Origin: an uncultured delta proteobacterium
Lineage (GTDB): Bacteria; Desulfobacterota; Binatia; Bin18
Assembly: GCA_963733195.1 (NCBI GenBank)
Contig: CAVTCR010000074.1
Coordinates: forward strand, 106,551-170,550
Length of the DNA stretch: 64,000 bases
Reading direction: 5' to 3'
Shown: in pieces, positions 9,457 to 20,182 of the stretch
Layout of the letters: every line of letters starts with the position of its first letter
Position numbering within the stretch: position 1 is the first letter of the stretch
Notes under the pieces: model-generated
The model's database searches: none
What the model was told of the DNA's origin: nothing
Seen by the model: only the letters and a program-made list of their open reading frames with translations
Program-made: the position numbers and the translations under genes

Positions 9457-11925
9457 CTACGCAGTGAATCGTGCCCCGATCCGCAGAGCCTTTTTGAATG
9501 CCTGTTTAAGAACCGGAGAGCGCAAGACTTGCCGAGCAACCCAGGTGCTCCGCACCCGATTCACGAACCGCCCACCAATTTCATAGTCGCGCCAGGAGAT
9601 TCCATTGCCATTCGAGAGGAAATGGGCGGCGTTCGCTTGGGATGTCACGACCAGCTCGTTGCAGCGCCGCTCTAAGTTCTCGATATAGTCCCGTTGCGAA
9701 GTGATATAGCGATACTGATCCTCCCATGCCTCCCCTAATGTACGGATCTCTGCCTGTAATTGATCTCGATGCCGTTCCAAGGCCGCAACATATTCTTGCG
9801 ACGGTTCACCCACTAGTTGTGCGGGTTGAAACCAGTTCCGCCCCGGTCCATTAGCATTCTGGAGGTTGAAAAGTTCGACGCCCCATTCTCGGTAACGCTC
9901 CGGATGATGCTGAGTCAGCAAATCATATAGATAAAGAAATTGGTCACGATTAGCACTGCGGAACATCGAGCCAGCGCGAATACGATACCGGACCAACGGA
10001 TAGGGCAAGCTCACCGTCACGCCCCCCATGTCAAGCATCGCCAGCCAAGCTTCATAGTCCTCGAAATTGTACTCAAAGTTTGCGGCATTACGCGCCGCCC
10101 GCAAAAACGCAGTCCGCCGGACAACCGCGATAATCGCAATCATATTATGACCAAGCTGATAGGGAAATTCCCCGTTCCACGTCGGCCACAAGTCATTTGC
10201 TTCGCCAAAGAAACGCAACCAGGAACACACGATGGAGACGTTCGCGTAGCGTTGCATGACCTCAACGGACCGCTGAAAAAAATCGGGGCCGACGATATCA
10301 TCGGCATCAACGAGTGCCACGAATTCCCCACGTGCAGACTCTGCGCCAACTTGACGGGCGGAAGCTAACCCTTGATTCTCAGTATGAATGACCCGAAGGT
10401 GTGGCAGGCGTCGACTTTCGAGTTCGTGGAGAACCGCTAGACTCTTCGGCTCTGTGCTGCCATCATCAATAATAAGAATTTCACAGGGAGTATAGGTTGA
10501 TGCGAGAACGCTCTCGACCGTTTCTGGCAAGTAGTCACCGAGGTTATAAAAGGGGATGATAACGGACAGCAACCCAGCTTGCTCAGGGTCGCCCGCCGGA
10601 GCTGCCGCACTCGTAGGCTGGGCACTCGCCGAGAGTGTGTCTGGAACCACATTCACCGCCGGAAACATGCGCCGAGGGGCATGCTGAGCAATGACCGCCT
10701 CATAATGCCGCAGCCGCTGGGAGAGGATGACCTCAGGATCGCAGAGGGAACGAATGCGAGCTTGGGCATTCTGCGCAATGGCGTGATGCTCTTCCTCACT
10801 CAGCGCCAGGACTCTCTTTAACTGTTGTTCGAAGTGCCCAGGCGTATCCCAGTCGAACAGAAAACCGTTTACACCATCGCGTTCGATCAGTTCGGCTTGC
10901 CCACCAAACTGCGAAGCGAGCACGACTTGGCCCATCCCCATCGCTTCCATTGTGACATAGGAACAGCTTTCCCATAATGACGCGACCACCAGTGCCCATG
11001 ACTGTTGAACCTGGTTCCACATTTCCTCGTCGCTCTCAATTTTTCCCGTAAACCGCAGACGACCGGCGTCAACCCATCGTGCATAACGCTCGCGCAAATA
11101 CGCTCCAACCGTGGTTCCTTTGGGCCAAAAATCCGCATCGCTACCGATAAAGGTCAGAACAAAATCTTCTCCGGCTGCCCACAGACGGCTACACGCCTTG
11201 ACCAGCGGGAGAACACCTTTGAGTACCTGTACGCGCCCGACCGCAACCAAATGACGTGGTTGCACTTTTTGTGGAGCAACAGTCCGCCACGATAGCATTG
11301 GATGGGGCAGGATGTTCACATCAAGAGAACGACCAAGAGCGTGCTCAATTCGTTGCACGGCAAAGCGGGTCGGCGCATGCAAAGCGTCGGCAGCCGCGAT
11401 GCAGAACTTTTCCATCTGCCCCTCCCAATATTCCGGGAAGCGATAGCGTGGTACTTGATTGACCCGTGACAGTTCAAACGAGGGGCTGTGGAGGTGCACA
11501 AGAATCGGAATATTTTTGAGCGGCGTATTCTCGGTCAACTTGCGCTGCAACAGAAAATACGGAATCGCCACGTACTCTTGTGATTCAATGATATCGGGCG
11601 GTGGCAGGTGCTGCAAGAGTTTCACCACTTCCTCAGCTAATTGATAACTGAAGGCTGGCCAGTGTGCGAAGATGTTGTAGGGATACGCCGGGTGTGTATC
11701 TGGTTGCCCTCCTGGGTTCAGTTCATTCAACAGGGAGTCTCGTGGAACGACACCAATCAATCGTACTCCGGGGGCAAGCATGGTGTCACACGGCTTCCGC
11801 ATGTGAGCTAGAATCACGACTTCGTGTCCCGCAGCCCCAAGAACGCGCGCCCAGGTATCAACGTACCGTGCGATTCCCGCTGAAATTTCTTGAGGGATTT
11901 CTGAAGTCAACAACCAAATCCGCAT
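9457..11925 (-). CDS. Bifunctional GT4-GT2 glycosyltransferase with C-terminal coiled coil
   Basis: GT4 (AGIARY, ESCSYVTMEAM) fused to GT2 (SVIIPFYN, DDGS, VDADD, EDYE), then heptad-rich tail and basic amphipathic end. Confidence 0.88.
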   Translation of the reverse strand: MRIWLLTSEIPQEISAGIARYVDTWARVLGAAGHEVVILAHMRKPCDTMLAPGVRLIGVVPRDSLLNELNPGGQPDTHPAYPYNIFAHWPAFSYQLAEEVVKLLQHLPPPDIIESQEYVAIPYFLLQRKLTENTPLKNIPILVHLHSPSFELSRVNQVPRYRFPEYWEGQMEKFCIAAADALHAPTRFAVQRIEHALGRSLDVNILPHPMLSWRTVAPQKVQPRHLVAVGRVQVLKGVLPLVKACSRLWAAGEDFVLTFIGSDADFWPKGTTVGAYLRERYARWVDAGRLRFTGKIESDEEMWNQVQQSWALVVASLWESCSYVTMEAMGMGQVVLASQFGGQAELIERDGVNGFLFDWDTPGHFEQQLKRVLALSEEEHHAIAQNAQARIRSLCDPEVILSQRLRHYEAVIAQHAPRRMFPAVNVVPDTLSASAQPTSAAAPAGDPEQAGLLSVIIPFYNLGDYLPETVESVLASTYTPCEILIIDDGSTEPKSLAVLHELESRRLPHLRVIHTENQGLASARQVGAESARGEFVALVDADDIVGPDFFQRSVEVMQRYANVSIVCSWLRFFGEANDLWPTWNGEFPYQLGHNMIAIIAVVRRTAFLRAARNAANFEYNFEDYEAWLAMLDMGGVTVSLPYPLVRYRIRAGSMFRSANRDQFLYLYDLLTQHHPERYREWGVELFNLQNANGPGRNWFQPAQLVGEPSQEYVAALERHRDQLQAEIRTLGEAWEDQYRYITSQRDYIENLERRCNELVVTSQANAAHFLSNGNGISWRDYEIGGRFVNRVRSTWVARQVLRSPVLKQAFKKALRIGARFTA

Positions 11926-11927
11926 GC

Positions 11928-14598
11928 CTATTCCTTTGCTTGATGAAGTATGAGTCGGGATCGTATACGTAACCCGATCCGACGGGCAAGTCGCCCGAGT
12001 CGTTCTGGGAGTCGTCGCTGAAGTTCAACTCTCAACGCGTCACCCTCAGTAGCAAGCCGCTCCGTCTCTACCACGAGCCGTGCGCGTTCTTGTTCGAGAT
12101 CCGTAATGTAACGTTGCTGATTCTCAATATGACGTTGCTGATTCTCAATATGACGTTGCTGATTCTCAATGTGGGCTTTTTGCTCTTCCCACGATTTCCC
12201 TACCCGTTGTGAATCTGCCCATATTTGATCCTTCATCTGCTCCAGCTCTTGAATATACCGATATTGGTCCTCCCACGCCTTTCCCACCCGTTGCGCATCT
12301 GCCCATATTTGATCCTTCATTTGCTCTACCTCACGAATATAGGCAAGCTGGCGTTCGCTCTGCGCGTCAAGCGCAACGACACGGCGATGCCATTCAGCAA
12401 GGGCGTCAAGCGCATACTGCAGAGCTTTGGGTTCCTGTTTGCTCGCCGGTCGCTCGGCATAATGGTGGAGGGCATCCTGCCGCGCAAGCAGTGTCTCATC
12501 CACCTCGCGCTTAAATCGAAAGGCATGAGAGGCATTTTGTTGATGCCATCGATACAACAACAGCGGTTGGCTAATGAAACCAACATTTCCTTCCGCACAT
12601 AGTTTCATCCACATGACATAATCACAAGCAAATCCCAACCGTTCATCAAATTGTCCGATTTTTAACAAGTGTGCACGCCGTACCACTACCGCAGGCGCAC
12701 AAATGCGATTGCGAAAGAGAAGCTGGTAAAAATAAGCCTTCCCAGCAATGACACAATCGTCCACGGCATTGTCGATCCAGTCGATAGGTGGGTTCGGTGC
12801 CGCCGCCTCGATAAGAAACTCAACTGGAGGAGTGGACGAAAGCAATCGTTGGATCGGCGGCCAGCATCTCCACCTTTCTCGCTAGGTTTTCCGGTAACAT
12901 GATATCATCCTGATGAAAGATACAAATATACTCGCCACGAGCTAAAGAGAGGCAGCGATTCCAGTTTCCAGGAATCCCGAGCTGTGTCTCGTTCTGGTAG
13001 ATAGCAATACGGGGGTCGGTAAATGAACGAGCGATATCGAGCGTTGTGTCGGTCGATCCGTCATCGACAATCAATAATTCAAAATCCCTGAAGCTTTGCG
13101 AGAGAACACTCTCGATCGCCTCGGTCAAGAATGCTGCGCCGTTATAGGTAGGAATGCAGACACTCACAGAGATAGACTTCATCTCTTCGATCTGACGGCA
13201 GACAACGCTTTCTTTCCCTTCAGGAAGCGTCTGGAAAGTCTCGACACCTTGCTTACCTTCCTCTTTTGCAAAGGGGGGTTGAGAGGGGTCTTCGCATTGC
13301 GACGACAGAATCCCCTCACGCTGCGCATTTCCCTCTTTTTCCAAAGGAGGGAAATAAAGCTGCCCTTTCCGCTGTGTAATCACCTCTCCATAGATGTCCT
13401 CTATCTCGCTCGCATATTTTTCTATCGTCTTCACCGGCGGGACGGCCCTCCGTAAGCGCTCCAGGAATCCGGTATCCTTAATGCAGCGGGTGAGACAGCG
13501 TTGCAGATCTGCTGCATTCTCCGGCTCGAAGAGCAAACCATTAACACCATCTTGGATGGCCTCAGTCAGCGCTCCCCGTCGTGCGGCAATCACCGGCATC
13601 CCAGCAAAAAAGGCTTCACGGACCAGAATTGAGAAGGTCTCCTCCCAGATCATTGGCATGACTAAGACATCATGCCGCATCAAGATGTCACCAAGTTGGT
13701 CATGAGTATACGTTCCGCAGAATTTCACCGGGAGTTCTTTCGCGGTCTCGTGGAGTTGCGCGATGTATGTCGCCCACTGTGACCATTCGAGACCGTAGAG
13801 AGACACTTCCACAGCCTCGCTCGGCAGCCCCTTGAGTGCTTCGAGCAACACGTGTGCACCTTTATGCGGGGCGAGGACTCCAACGTAGAGAATCCGTAAT
13901 GGGGTACCAGATGGACGCGGAGAGCGTTCCTGTGTGACCCCTGGCACCGCCTTCACTCCAAGTGGGACCGCCCGCAACCGATCGGTCAAGAACGGGAAAT
14001 ATCCTCGCATCTTGTCAGCAAGAAAGACTGACGGCGTTATCACGACATCCGGGGCGTGCACTACCCTTTCCATGTCCGTAAACCGCTGACGGGCTTCCTC
14101 AGCCGAAGCCGACTCTTGCAGACACGCCACACACCGCTCACCCCGCTCCGGACCAGGACAAAGCCTCTGCTGCGCGTCCAGTAAATGCACGCGATGACAG
14201 GCAAAGAAAAAATCGTGCAAGCTCAGGACGGTCGGATAGCCAAGGGCTGGGGTAAGGCGGAGCAGACTTACAGAAAGATGTTGGGTGTGTTGGAAATGAA
14301 CAATTTCGGGACGGACACGTTCCAACAGTTGGAGGAACGGACGATTGAGCCAAGGATTGTCATACAGCAGGCGAAACGAACCACTCCGCGTGTAGTTGTT
14401 CACTATACGGACTACTGGAAGGCCGCCAAACGTCTCGTCATGGACGGTTCCTTCCTCGGCGGTCGCGTCATACACCCGCGTTATGATACTCACCTCGTGT
14501 CCACGCTGTTGTAAAGCTTGCGACAGATGAAGCGTGACTAATTCCGTTCCCGTCCACTCATTCGGCGGGAAGCCGTGCACAACTTGTAAAATGCGCAT
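11928..14598 (-). CDS. Bifunctional GT4-GT2 glycosyltransferase with coiled-coil tail; frameshift near 12825 joins ORFs 12820..14598 and 11928..12845
   Basis: The GT2 domain breaks at ...AFVHSS and continues in the second ORF (NRICAPAVVVRR, FDERL, CDYVMW). Confidence 0.82.
12111..12173. repeat. 3 x 21-bp tandem repeat encoding heptad HIENQQR
   Basis: acgttgctgattctcaatatg x2 + acgttgctgattctcaatgtg. Confidence 0.95.
13258..13354. repeat. REP-like double-hairpin element in frame in the GT4-GT2 linker
   Basis: cctcttttgcaaagggggg and ccctctttttccaaaggaggg hairpins in inverted arrangement; encodes FPPLEKEG...PPFAKEEG. Confidence 0.65.
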
Positions 14599-14605
14599 AG
14601 AGTGC

Positions 14606-16903
14606 TTATCTCCGTTTCACCTGCTCTTGAAAGGACAGACGCCGTACGAGCCACCGTGGCAATCGTTCGACTTGCTCACCTAACCAATAGCCTATATTTC
14701 CCGCAAGATGCCAGTTCACTGCCGGTCCCGCCCACTGCTTTAGCACCTCAGCCTTACTGTACCCCTTCTGCCGCCGCCAAAATAGCAAATCCAACTTGGC
14801 GACCCGTAACGCGCCAGTCAGACACTCTTGCAACGATCGCTGTGGAGGGTCACCAAACAATTTGTGCATCGCTACCGCGTGCTCGAAGTGACGACAGAAG
14901 TTCGTCCACGGCCCGTAGCTGTGGGAATGTATCACAATCGAATCTGCCGCATAGGCCGTCTTGCACCCTGCTTTCAGTACTTGATCAGCCCAGGCTTGAT
15001 CCTCAGCAAAGTCCACCTCAGGGAACGGAGAATGTTCCCAGAAAGAGCGACGGAGCACCGCACTCGTATTAGCAAAGAACCGATACAGATATCGATTCCG
15101 TTCGTAATCAGGGTTATCGATCATCGCGTGTACGCGCGACTCGAGTTTGCCGTGGAACTCGTACTCAACAATCCGGTGCCATTCCATCGGATGACAATCG
15201 GGCCGTGGTATATGACGGCTGTAAACCCCAACAATACTTGGGTCGTGGCGTAACGGAGCGAGCAGATTGTGCAACCAGCGTTCATTCGCCGGAGTCGCAT
15301 CTTGCGTGAGAAATACCAGCGTATCGCCGTGCGCATGTGAAGCTAACAAGTTGCGCGTTCGCCCATGTCCAAATTCCTGGGCAGGTATCTGCACAACAGT
15401 GACTCCGTATTGTTTCAAGATCTGCACCGTCTCGTCGCACGATCCAGAATCTATGGCAATGATCTCTTGGAGTCGAAAGTCTCCTTGCTGCTTGCGAACG
15501 CCATCGAGAACTTCAGCAAGGTAACGTGCGCCATTTTTCGTGGGGATGAGGACGGATACAGCAGGCACAGCCTGCCCTACTCTGTCATTGGCCGACAGTG
15601 GCGCGATTGTGTAGGGCGGGCTATGCCCGCCAAACAGTTGCCGCGAAACCTCTGTGATGTCCCCCTGGCCCCGCTGCGAGTGAACTTCACGATAAATCTC
15701 TTCCATCTCTTCCGCATACTCATTCACCGTTTTAAACTGTGACTTGACAGAACGCAGTCTCTCGATGAGACCGGGCTCGTTTAAGAGTCGCAGTAAGCAC
15801 CGTCGCAAATCCGCTACATTTTCGGGTTCGAATAACAGTCCATTCACGCCATCTTTTATCACAGCTGGTAATGCACCACGTCGCGCAGCGATAACTGGAA
15901 GTCCGGCCGCAAGAGCCTCGCGCGCAACCAACGAGAAAGTCTCCTCGCAAATCATAGGCATGACAAGCACATCATGAGCAGCCAGGATCTCGGCAAATTG
16001 CTCGTGCTGGTAACCCCCACAGAAGTGCACCGGAAGACCCGTGGCCTGCATGCGCAGTTGATCAGCATATGGCTGCCAATAAGGTAAGACTGCACCATAC
16101 AGGGAAGCTTCAACGGTACCAGCCGGAAGTTCTTTGAGGGCATCAACAAGAATATGTGCGCCTTTGGGAGGAAAGAGCAGTCCGCTATAGAGGAGACGCA
16201 GGGGTTTTCCCAATTGCCGTGGGCGAGGGTGAACCGAGGCGGGTTTGAGTCCCAAAGGGACAGCACGTATCTTGGGGTGCAATGCCGGGAAGTACTCAGC
16301 GATCTTCTCACTCAGAAATGTGGAAGGGGTGATGACTACCTGTGCAGCGTGCATCGACTGTTCCATTGTCGTAAAGCGATGATAGATGTCTTCTTGTGAC
16401 GCAATCCCCTTGAGACAGGGAACACAGCGCTCACCACGTTCGGGTCCGGTACACAACTTCCCTTGAGCATCAACCAGATGAATCCGCTGGCAAGGAAAAA
16501 AGAAGTCGTGCAAACTCAGGACAGTCTGATACCCCTGCGCGGCAGCAAGAGAAATGAGGCTCGCGGAAAAATGTGCAATATGCTGAAAATGAACAATATC
16601 TGGACGAACGCGCACTAAGAGCTTACGGAATAGTTCATCATAGAAAGGATTATCGTAGAACAAACGAAAGGTTGTTGTCTGGGTATGGTTATTAACCACT
16701 CGCCACACTGCGACACCGCTATACTGCTCTTCGCGCATGGAAAATTCGTCAGCCGTCCGGTCTTCGGTGCGCGTGAGTACAGTGACATTATGTCCACGTT
16801 CCTGTAGCGCTTGAGATAGATGAAGCGTGACCAATTCGGTCCCAGCCCAGGCATCAGGAGGGAATCCGTGGACGATCTGGAGGATGCGCATTGGTTTGGT
16901 CAC
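14606..16903 (-). CDS. Bifunctional GT4-GT2 glycosyltransferase (GT4 part paralogous to downstream neighbour)
   Basis: MRILQIVHGFPP..GTE, EETFSLVAREA, then SVLIPTKN, DSGS, TQDA, AEDQ. Confidence 0.9.
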   Translation of the reverse strand: MTKPMRILQIVHGFPPDAWAGTELVTLHLSQALQERGHNVTVLTRTEDRTADEFSMREEQYSGVAVWRVVNNHTQTTTFRLFYDNPFYDELFRKLLVRVRPDIVHFQHIAHFSASLISLAAAQGYQTVLSLHDFFFPCQRIHLVDAQGKLCTGPERGERCVPCLKGIASQEDIYHRFTTMEQSMHAAQVVITPSTFLSEKIAEYFPALHPKIRAVPLGLKPASVHPRPRQLGKPLRLLYSGLLFPPKGAHILVDALKELPAGTVEASLYGAVLPYWQPYADQLRMQATGLPVHFCGGYQHEQFAEILAAHDVLVMPMICEETFSLVAREALAAGLPVIAARRGALPAVIKDGVNGLLFEPENVADLRRCLLRLLNEPGLIERLRSVKSQFKTVNEYAEEMEEIYREVHSQRGQGDITEVSRQLFGGHSPPYTIAPLSANDRVGQAVPAVSVLIPTKNGARYLAEVLDGVRKQQGDFRLQEIIAIDSGSCDETVQILKQYGVTVVQIPAQEFGHGRTRNLLASHAHGDTLVFLTQDATPANERWLHNLLAPLRHDPSIVGVYSRHIPRPDCHPMEWHRIVEYEFHGKLESRVHAMIDNPDYERNRYLYRFFANTSAVLRRSFWEHSPFPEVDFAEDQAWADQVLKAGCKTAYAADSIVIHSHSYGPWTNFCRHFEHAVAMHKLFGDPPQRSLQECLTGALRVAKLDLLFWRRQKGYSKAEVLKQWAGPAVNWHLAGNIGYWLGEQVERLPRWLVRRLSFQEQVKRR

Positions 16904-16999
16904 GCAGTCGGCATGAACTTCTCAGCGGCAGTGTCACGTGGACGAGTATTTGACTTTGCGGTAGTGACGTGCCGAGCTATGTTTTATACGAAAGTCGCT

Positions 17000-18166
17000 A
17001 TGAGGAAAAGGTGTGCCATTCTGACCTCGTTCGATCCCTATGTTTTCAAAGGGGGAATCGAGACCTATACTCGGCAGATGCTCGACGCGCTCCGAGGTTA
17101 TGGTTGCGCTGTTGATATCTATCACACGCAGTTTCTTCCTGAAGGTGCTGACACTCACTCTTCCCCTTCCTCTTTCCACAGCCTTTTCTTAAACAACCTT
17201 TCCCAAGTCGGGAGAGCATTCTATCGCGTCGATCATTTGTACGACTTCGTGATCGCCCATGCGTTCTTCGGTTTCGCCTACTCTCCTCCACGTATCCCAG
17301 CATTCACGATTTTTCATTCGACCCATGCACAGTATGCAGAAGCAAATCGCGAACTGTTCTCAGCCGAGTGGTACTTTGAAGTCAAACACCTCTTTGGCCT
17401 CGGTGCCGAACGATTATCTACGGTTGGGAAAAAAGTGATCGCGGTAAGTGACGCAGTTGCGCACGAGGTGACCACCCATTACGGGGCTACGGATATCACC
17501 ACTGTTTTGACAGGAGTGGACCAGACGGTTTTCTTTCCGCGGCCATATAAGAAAGAGCTACGCGACCAGTTTGCTATTCCACGGGACGCGTTCGTAGGAG
17601 TGTTCCTTGCACGTTGGGGCGTCGACAAAGCCGTCGATGTTTTGCAGGAGATCATGGAGGCAACCCCAGGCGTTTTCTGGGTACTGATCCTCGGCACTGG
17701 AGCACCGTGTCCTTTGCAAGGAAGGCCAAATACCAGGATTATTGAAAATATCGAACGCAGTGAAGTCGCGGCGATTCTTTCGTGTGCGGATTTCCTTCTC
17801 CATCCCTCACGATACGAAGGTTTTGGCTTAGCCATTGCGGAAGCACTCGCCTGTGGCCTCCCTGTTATTGCCGCACCTGTTGGGGTTGCACAGTCGGTTC
17901 TCCAGAATCCACCGTTACAGTCGTTGTTGCTCCCTCCTTACAACGAAGGAAAACAACGCGTGATGACTACAGCAATTGAGGCGATTTCACGGTTGCGGAA
18001 AGACGCAGGCTTACATAACGCCTGTGCTGCAGCAGGCCTGGAGGTTGCGAGCCAGTCACTGACTCTGACGCAGTGGGAGCACGCGCTCCTCACTACTCTC
18101 GGCCTCACTGCAGAAAAAAGCGCTGAGGTACAACCTCCCTTGCCAAAAGAAGGATACGCATCGTGA
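17000..18166 (+). CDS. Glycosyltransferase family 4
   Basis: GGIETY, PSRYEGFGLAIAEALACGLPV; start set at ATG 17000. Confidence 0.88.
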   Translation: MRKRCAILTSFDPYVFKGGIETYTRQMLDALRGYGCAVDIYHTQFLPEGADTHSSPSSFHSLFLNNLSQVGRAFYRVDHLYDFVIAHAFFGFAYSPPRIPAFTIFHSTHAQYAEANRELFSAEWYFEVKHLFGLGAERLSTVGKKVIAVSDAVAHEVTTHYGATDITTVLTGVDQTVFFPRPYKKELRDQFAIPRDAFVGVFLARWGVDKAVDVLQEIMEATPGVFWVLILGTGAPCPLQGRPNTRIIENIERSEVAAILSCADFLLHPSRYEGFGLAIAEALACGLPVIAAPVGVAQSVLQNPPLQSLLLPPYNEGKQRVMTTAIEAISRLRKDAGLHNACAAAGLEVASQSLTLTQWEHALLTTLGLTAEKSAEVQPPLPKEGYAS

Positions 18167-19221
18167 ACACTGGGTTGCCACCGGCACAGCGGATCTTGGT
18201 TCTTGCCCCACACCCGGACGATGAAAGTCTGAGTTGCGGAGGTACGATTGTTCGCTATGTCAGGGATGGTGCAGTCGTCAGCCTCTTAGTAGTCTCGGAC
18301 GGAGCAGCGATTGAAGAACCAGATGGGTACCACGAAGATGTGGTCGCTATCCGTAGGCAAGAACTGACAGCCGCAGCAGCGATCCTCGGCATCTCACAGC
18401 TTCACGAAGTGGAACTTCCAGATGGCCAGCTCGTTCATCACCCAGGAAGAATCCGAGAAGCTATTCACGCGCAGCTCGCCGATTTTCGGCCTGACCTTGT
18501 CCTGGCTCCGTCTCCCATCGATGGACATAGCGATCACGTTACTGTTGGTCGCATTACGCTCCAGCTTTTTCGTGAAACTCCGGGATGGACGTTGGCTTTC
18601 TATGAGGGGCTTGCCCCTCTCCGTTTCAATTGGCTGGTAGAAATTACCGAGGTCGCTCCTCTAAAAGAAAAAGCTATTCACTGCTATCAACGTAGCCTTT
18701 TCCAACAGCCAACGCTCTTCTGGGAGGCATTTCATGCACTCAATGTAGCGAAATCAGCTTTTGTCCATCGTCCTGGTCTTTTTGAAGCCCTCTGGGTGTT
18801 ACATACTCCGCCCACAGATTACGAGATTATCGAGTGGGCAACCTATGGTTTTCAGCCGCACGATAACGGACAGCCTACATTACGAACAGTCCAGCAGATT
18901 GATGAACTACTGTTTGCCCTACAAGAGAAGGCAACAACCCTTGCTGATGTGCAGAAACGACACGACGCACTTCAGCGTGAGAATACTGAGCTTCAGCGTC
19001 AATTGCACGAACAAGTGGCCGTAGACACTGCCTTGCGACAAACTGTTGAATCACGCACTCAAGGATTCCAGCAAGAGCGCAGCCAATTTTCCTTAAAGTT
19101 TCCGCCGTTCCTTCGTCACCACGTCGAGCGTGCGTTTCCTCCCGGTTCACCCCGGCGTGCAGTGCTGGATGCTGTGAAGCGCCGTATCATTCAATACACG
19201 TCAAAATCACCAAGTGAGTAG
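18163..19221 (+). CDS. PIG-L/LmbE family de-N-acetylase with coiled-coil tail
   Basis: APHPDDE and DGHSDH metal-binding motifs. Confidence 0.9.
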   Translation: MNTGLPPAQRILVLAPHPDDESLSCGGTIVRYVRDGAVVSLLVVSDGAAIEEPDGYHEDVVAIRRQELTAAAAILGISQLHEVELPDGQLVHHPGRIREAIHAQLADFRPDLVLAPSPIDGHSDHVTVGRITLQLFRETPGWTLAFYEGLAPLRFNWLVEITEVAPLKEKAIHCYQRSLFQQPTLFWEAFHALNVAKSAFVHRPGLFEALWVLHTPPTDYEIIEWATYGFQPHDNGQPTLRTVQQIDELLFALQEKATTLADVQKRHDALQRENTELQRQLHEQVAVDTALRQTVESRTQGFQQERSQFSLKFPPFLRHHVERAFPPGSPRRAVLDAVKRRIIQYTSKSPSE

Positions 19222-20120
19222 TAGAAATGCTTAGCGAGCCAAGCCGCATTGAGCCGTTGGTCAAACAAGCGACATTCCAGCCAATGTTCGGTATCTTCGT
19301 CGCGGTAACATGCTGAACCGCACAGAAAGTGGCGTTCCCACGAAAACGGTGGAAACCATCCTTCTAACACCGCCGCGCCTTCGTCCTGTGCGACGTTTTC
19401 CACTCCGGCCAGTAACTGTTGCGGAAGGGTTTCGTCATCACGGGCAACTAAGAACTCCATAAGTCGCGCCGTTTCCTTCTGAACTCCAACCACAGCTAAC
19501 GCCGGCGCTGCAGGAATGGTCACTAGACGATAGTGGCGGTCCGGCCGCGCAAGATATCGCCACGAGAGATATGCCTGATCACGACAGGTCCCTATACTCA
19601 CATGCTGTCTCAGATGGTGCCACTGACTGTCCCAATTCAGCGGCAGTACATCATACACCGCGTCAGCAGGGGGACTTCCAGAGGGAAGGGAAGAGAGAGC
19701 TTTGAACACTTTGTGAACACGGGTAACAGGTTCATAGCCAACGAGCAGCTCACCGAGGCGTTTATGGCGTTCGGTCGGAAAACCATAGAGAAAAAGCCCC
19801 TGCCCCTCGCACAGCTCTCGCATAAACGCGAGCACGGTCTGCCGGAACAGCCCTCGACCTTGCTTGTGTGGATGAGCCATCACATCAATCGCATCCCACG
19901 CGTAGTGCTCCACCCCGTGCCAATGGACGCGCTGGCGGATTGTGCCGTAGTGACAGACAATTTCCCCATCCTCTTCAGCCACGAACGCAGGGGGGGCATT
20001 ACTATCACGGAGGTATTTCCAGCGCCACACTGCCGGTGACATTTCGCTCTGGAAGACAAGCGAGAACAGCCGTAAAATTCCGGCTTCATCTTCAGCGGTG
20101 GCGGGGCGAATAACTGCCAT
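19191..20120 (-). CDS. GNAT family N-acyltransferase
   Basis: VMAHPHKQGRGLF acetyl-CoA motif A, YGFP, YLSWRY. Confidence 0.85.
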   Translation of the reverse strand: MAVIRPATAEDEAGILRLFSLVFQSEMSPAVWRWKYLRDSNAPPAFVAEEDGEIVCHYGTIRQRVHWHGVEHYAWDAIDVMAHPHKQGRGLFRQTVLAFMRELCEGQGLFLYGFPTERHKRLGELLVGYEPVTRVHKVFKALSSLPSGSPPADAVYDVLPLNWDSQWHHLRQHVSIGTCRDQAYLSWRYLARPDRHYRLVTIPAAPALAVVGVQKETARLMEFLVARDDETLPQQLLAGVENVAQDEGAAVLEGWFPPFSWERHFLCGSACYRDEDTEHWLECRLFDQRLNAAWLAKHFYYSLGDFDVY

Positions 20121-20182
20121 GAAGGCATCAGCGGCTATGGGCGACTGCTACACGCTTCATCACCTACACTTTGCAATCTGTC

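Noticed and set aside
12820-12845. Programmed frameshift or phase variation in the GT4-GT2 gene
   Set aside because: No slippery heptamer or homopolymer tract at the junction; isolated indels elsewhere point to assembly error.
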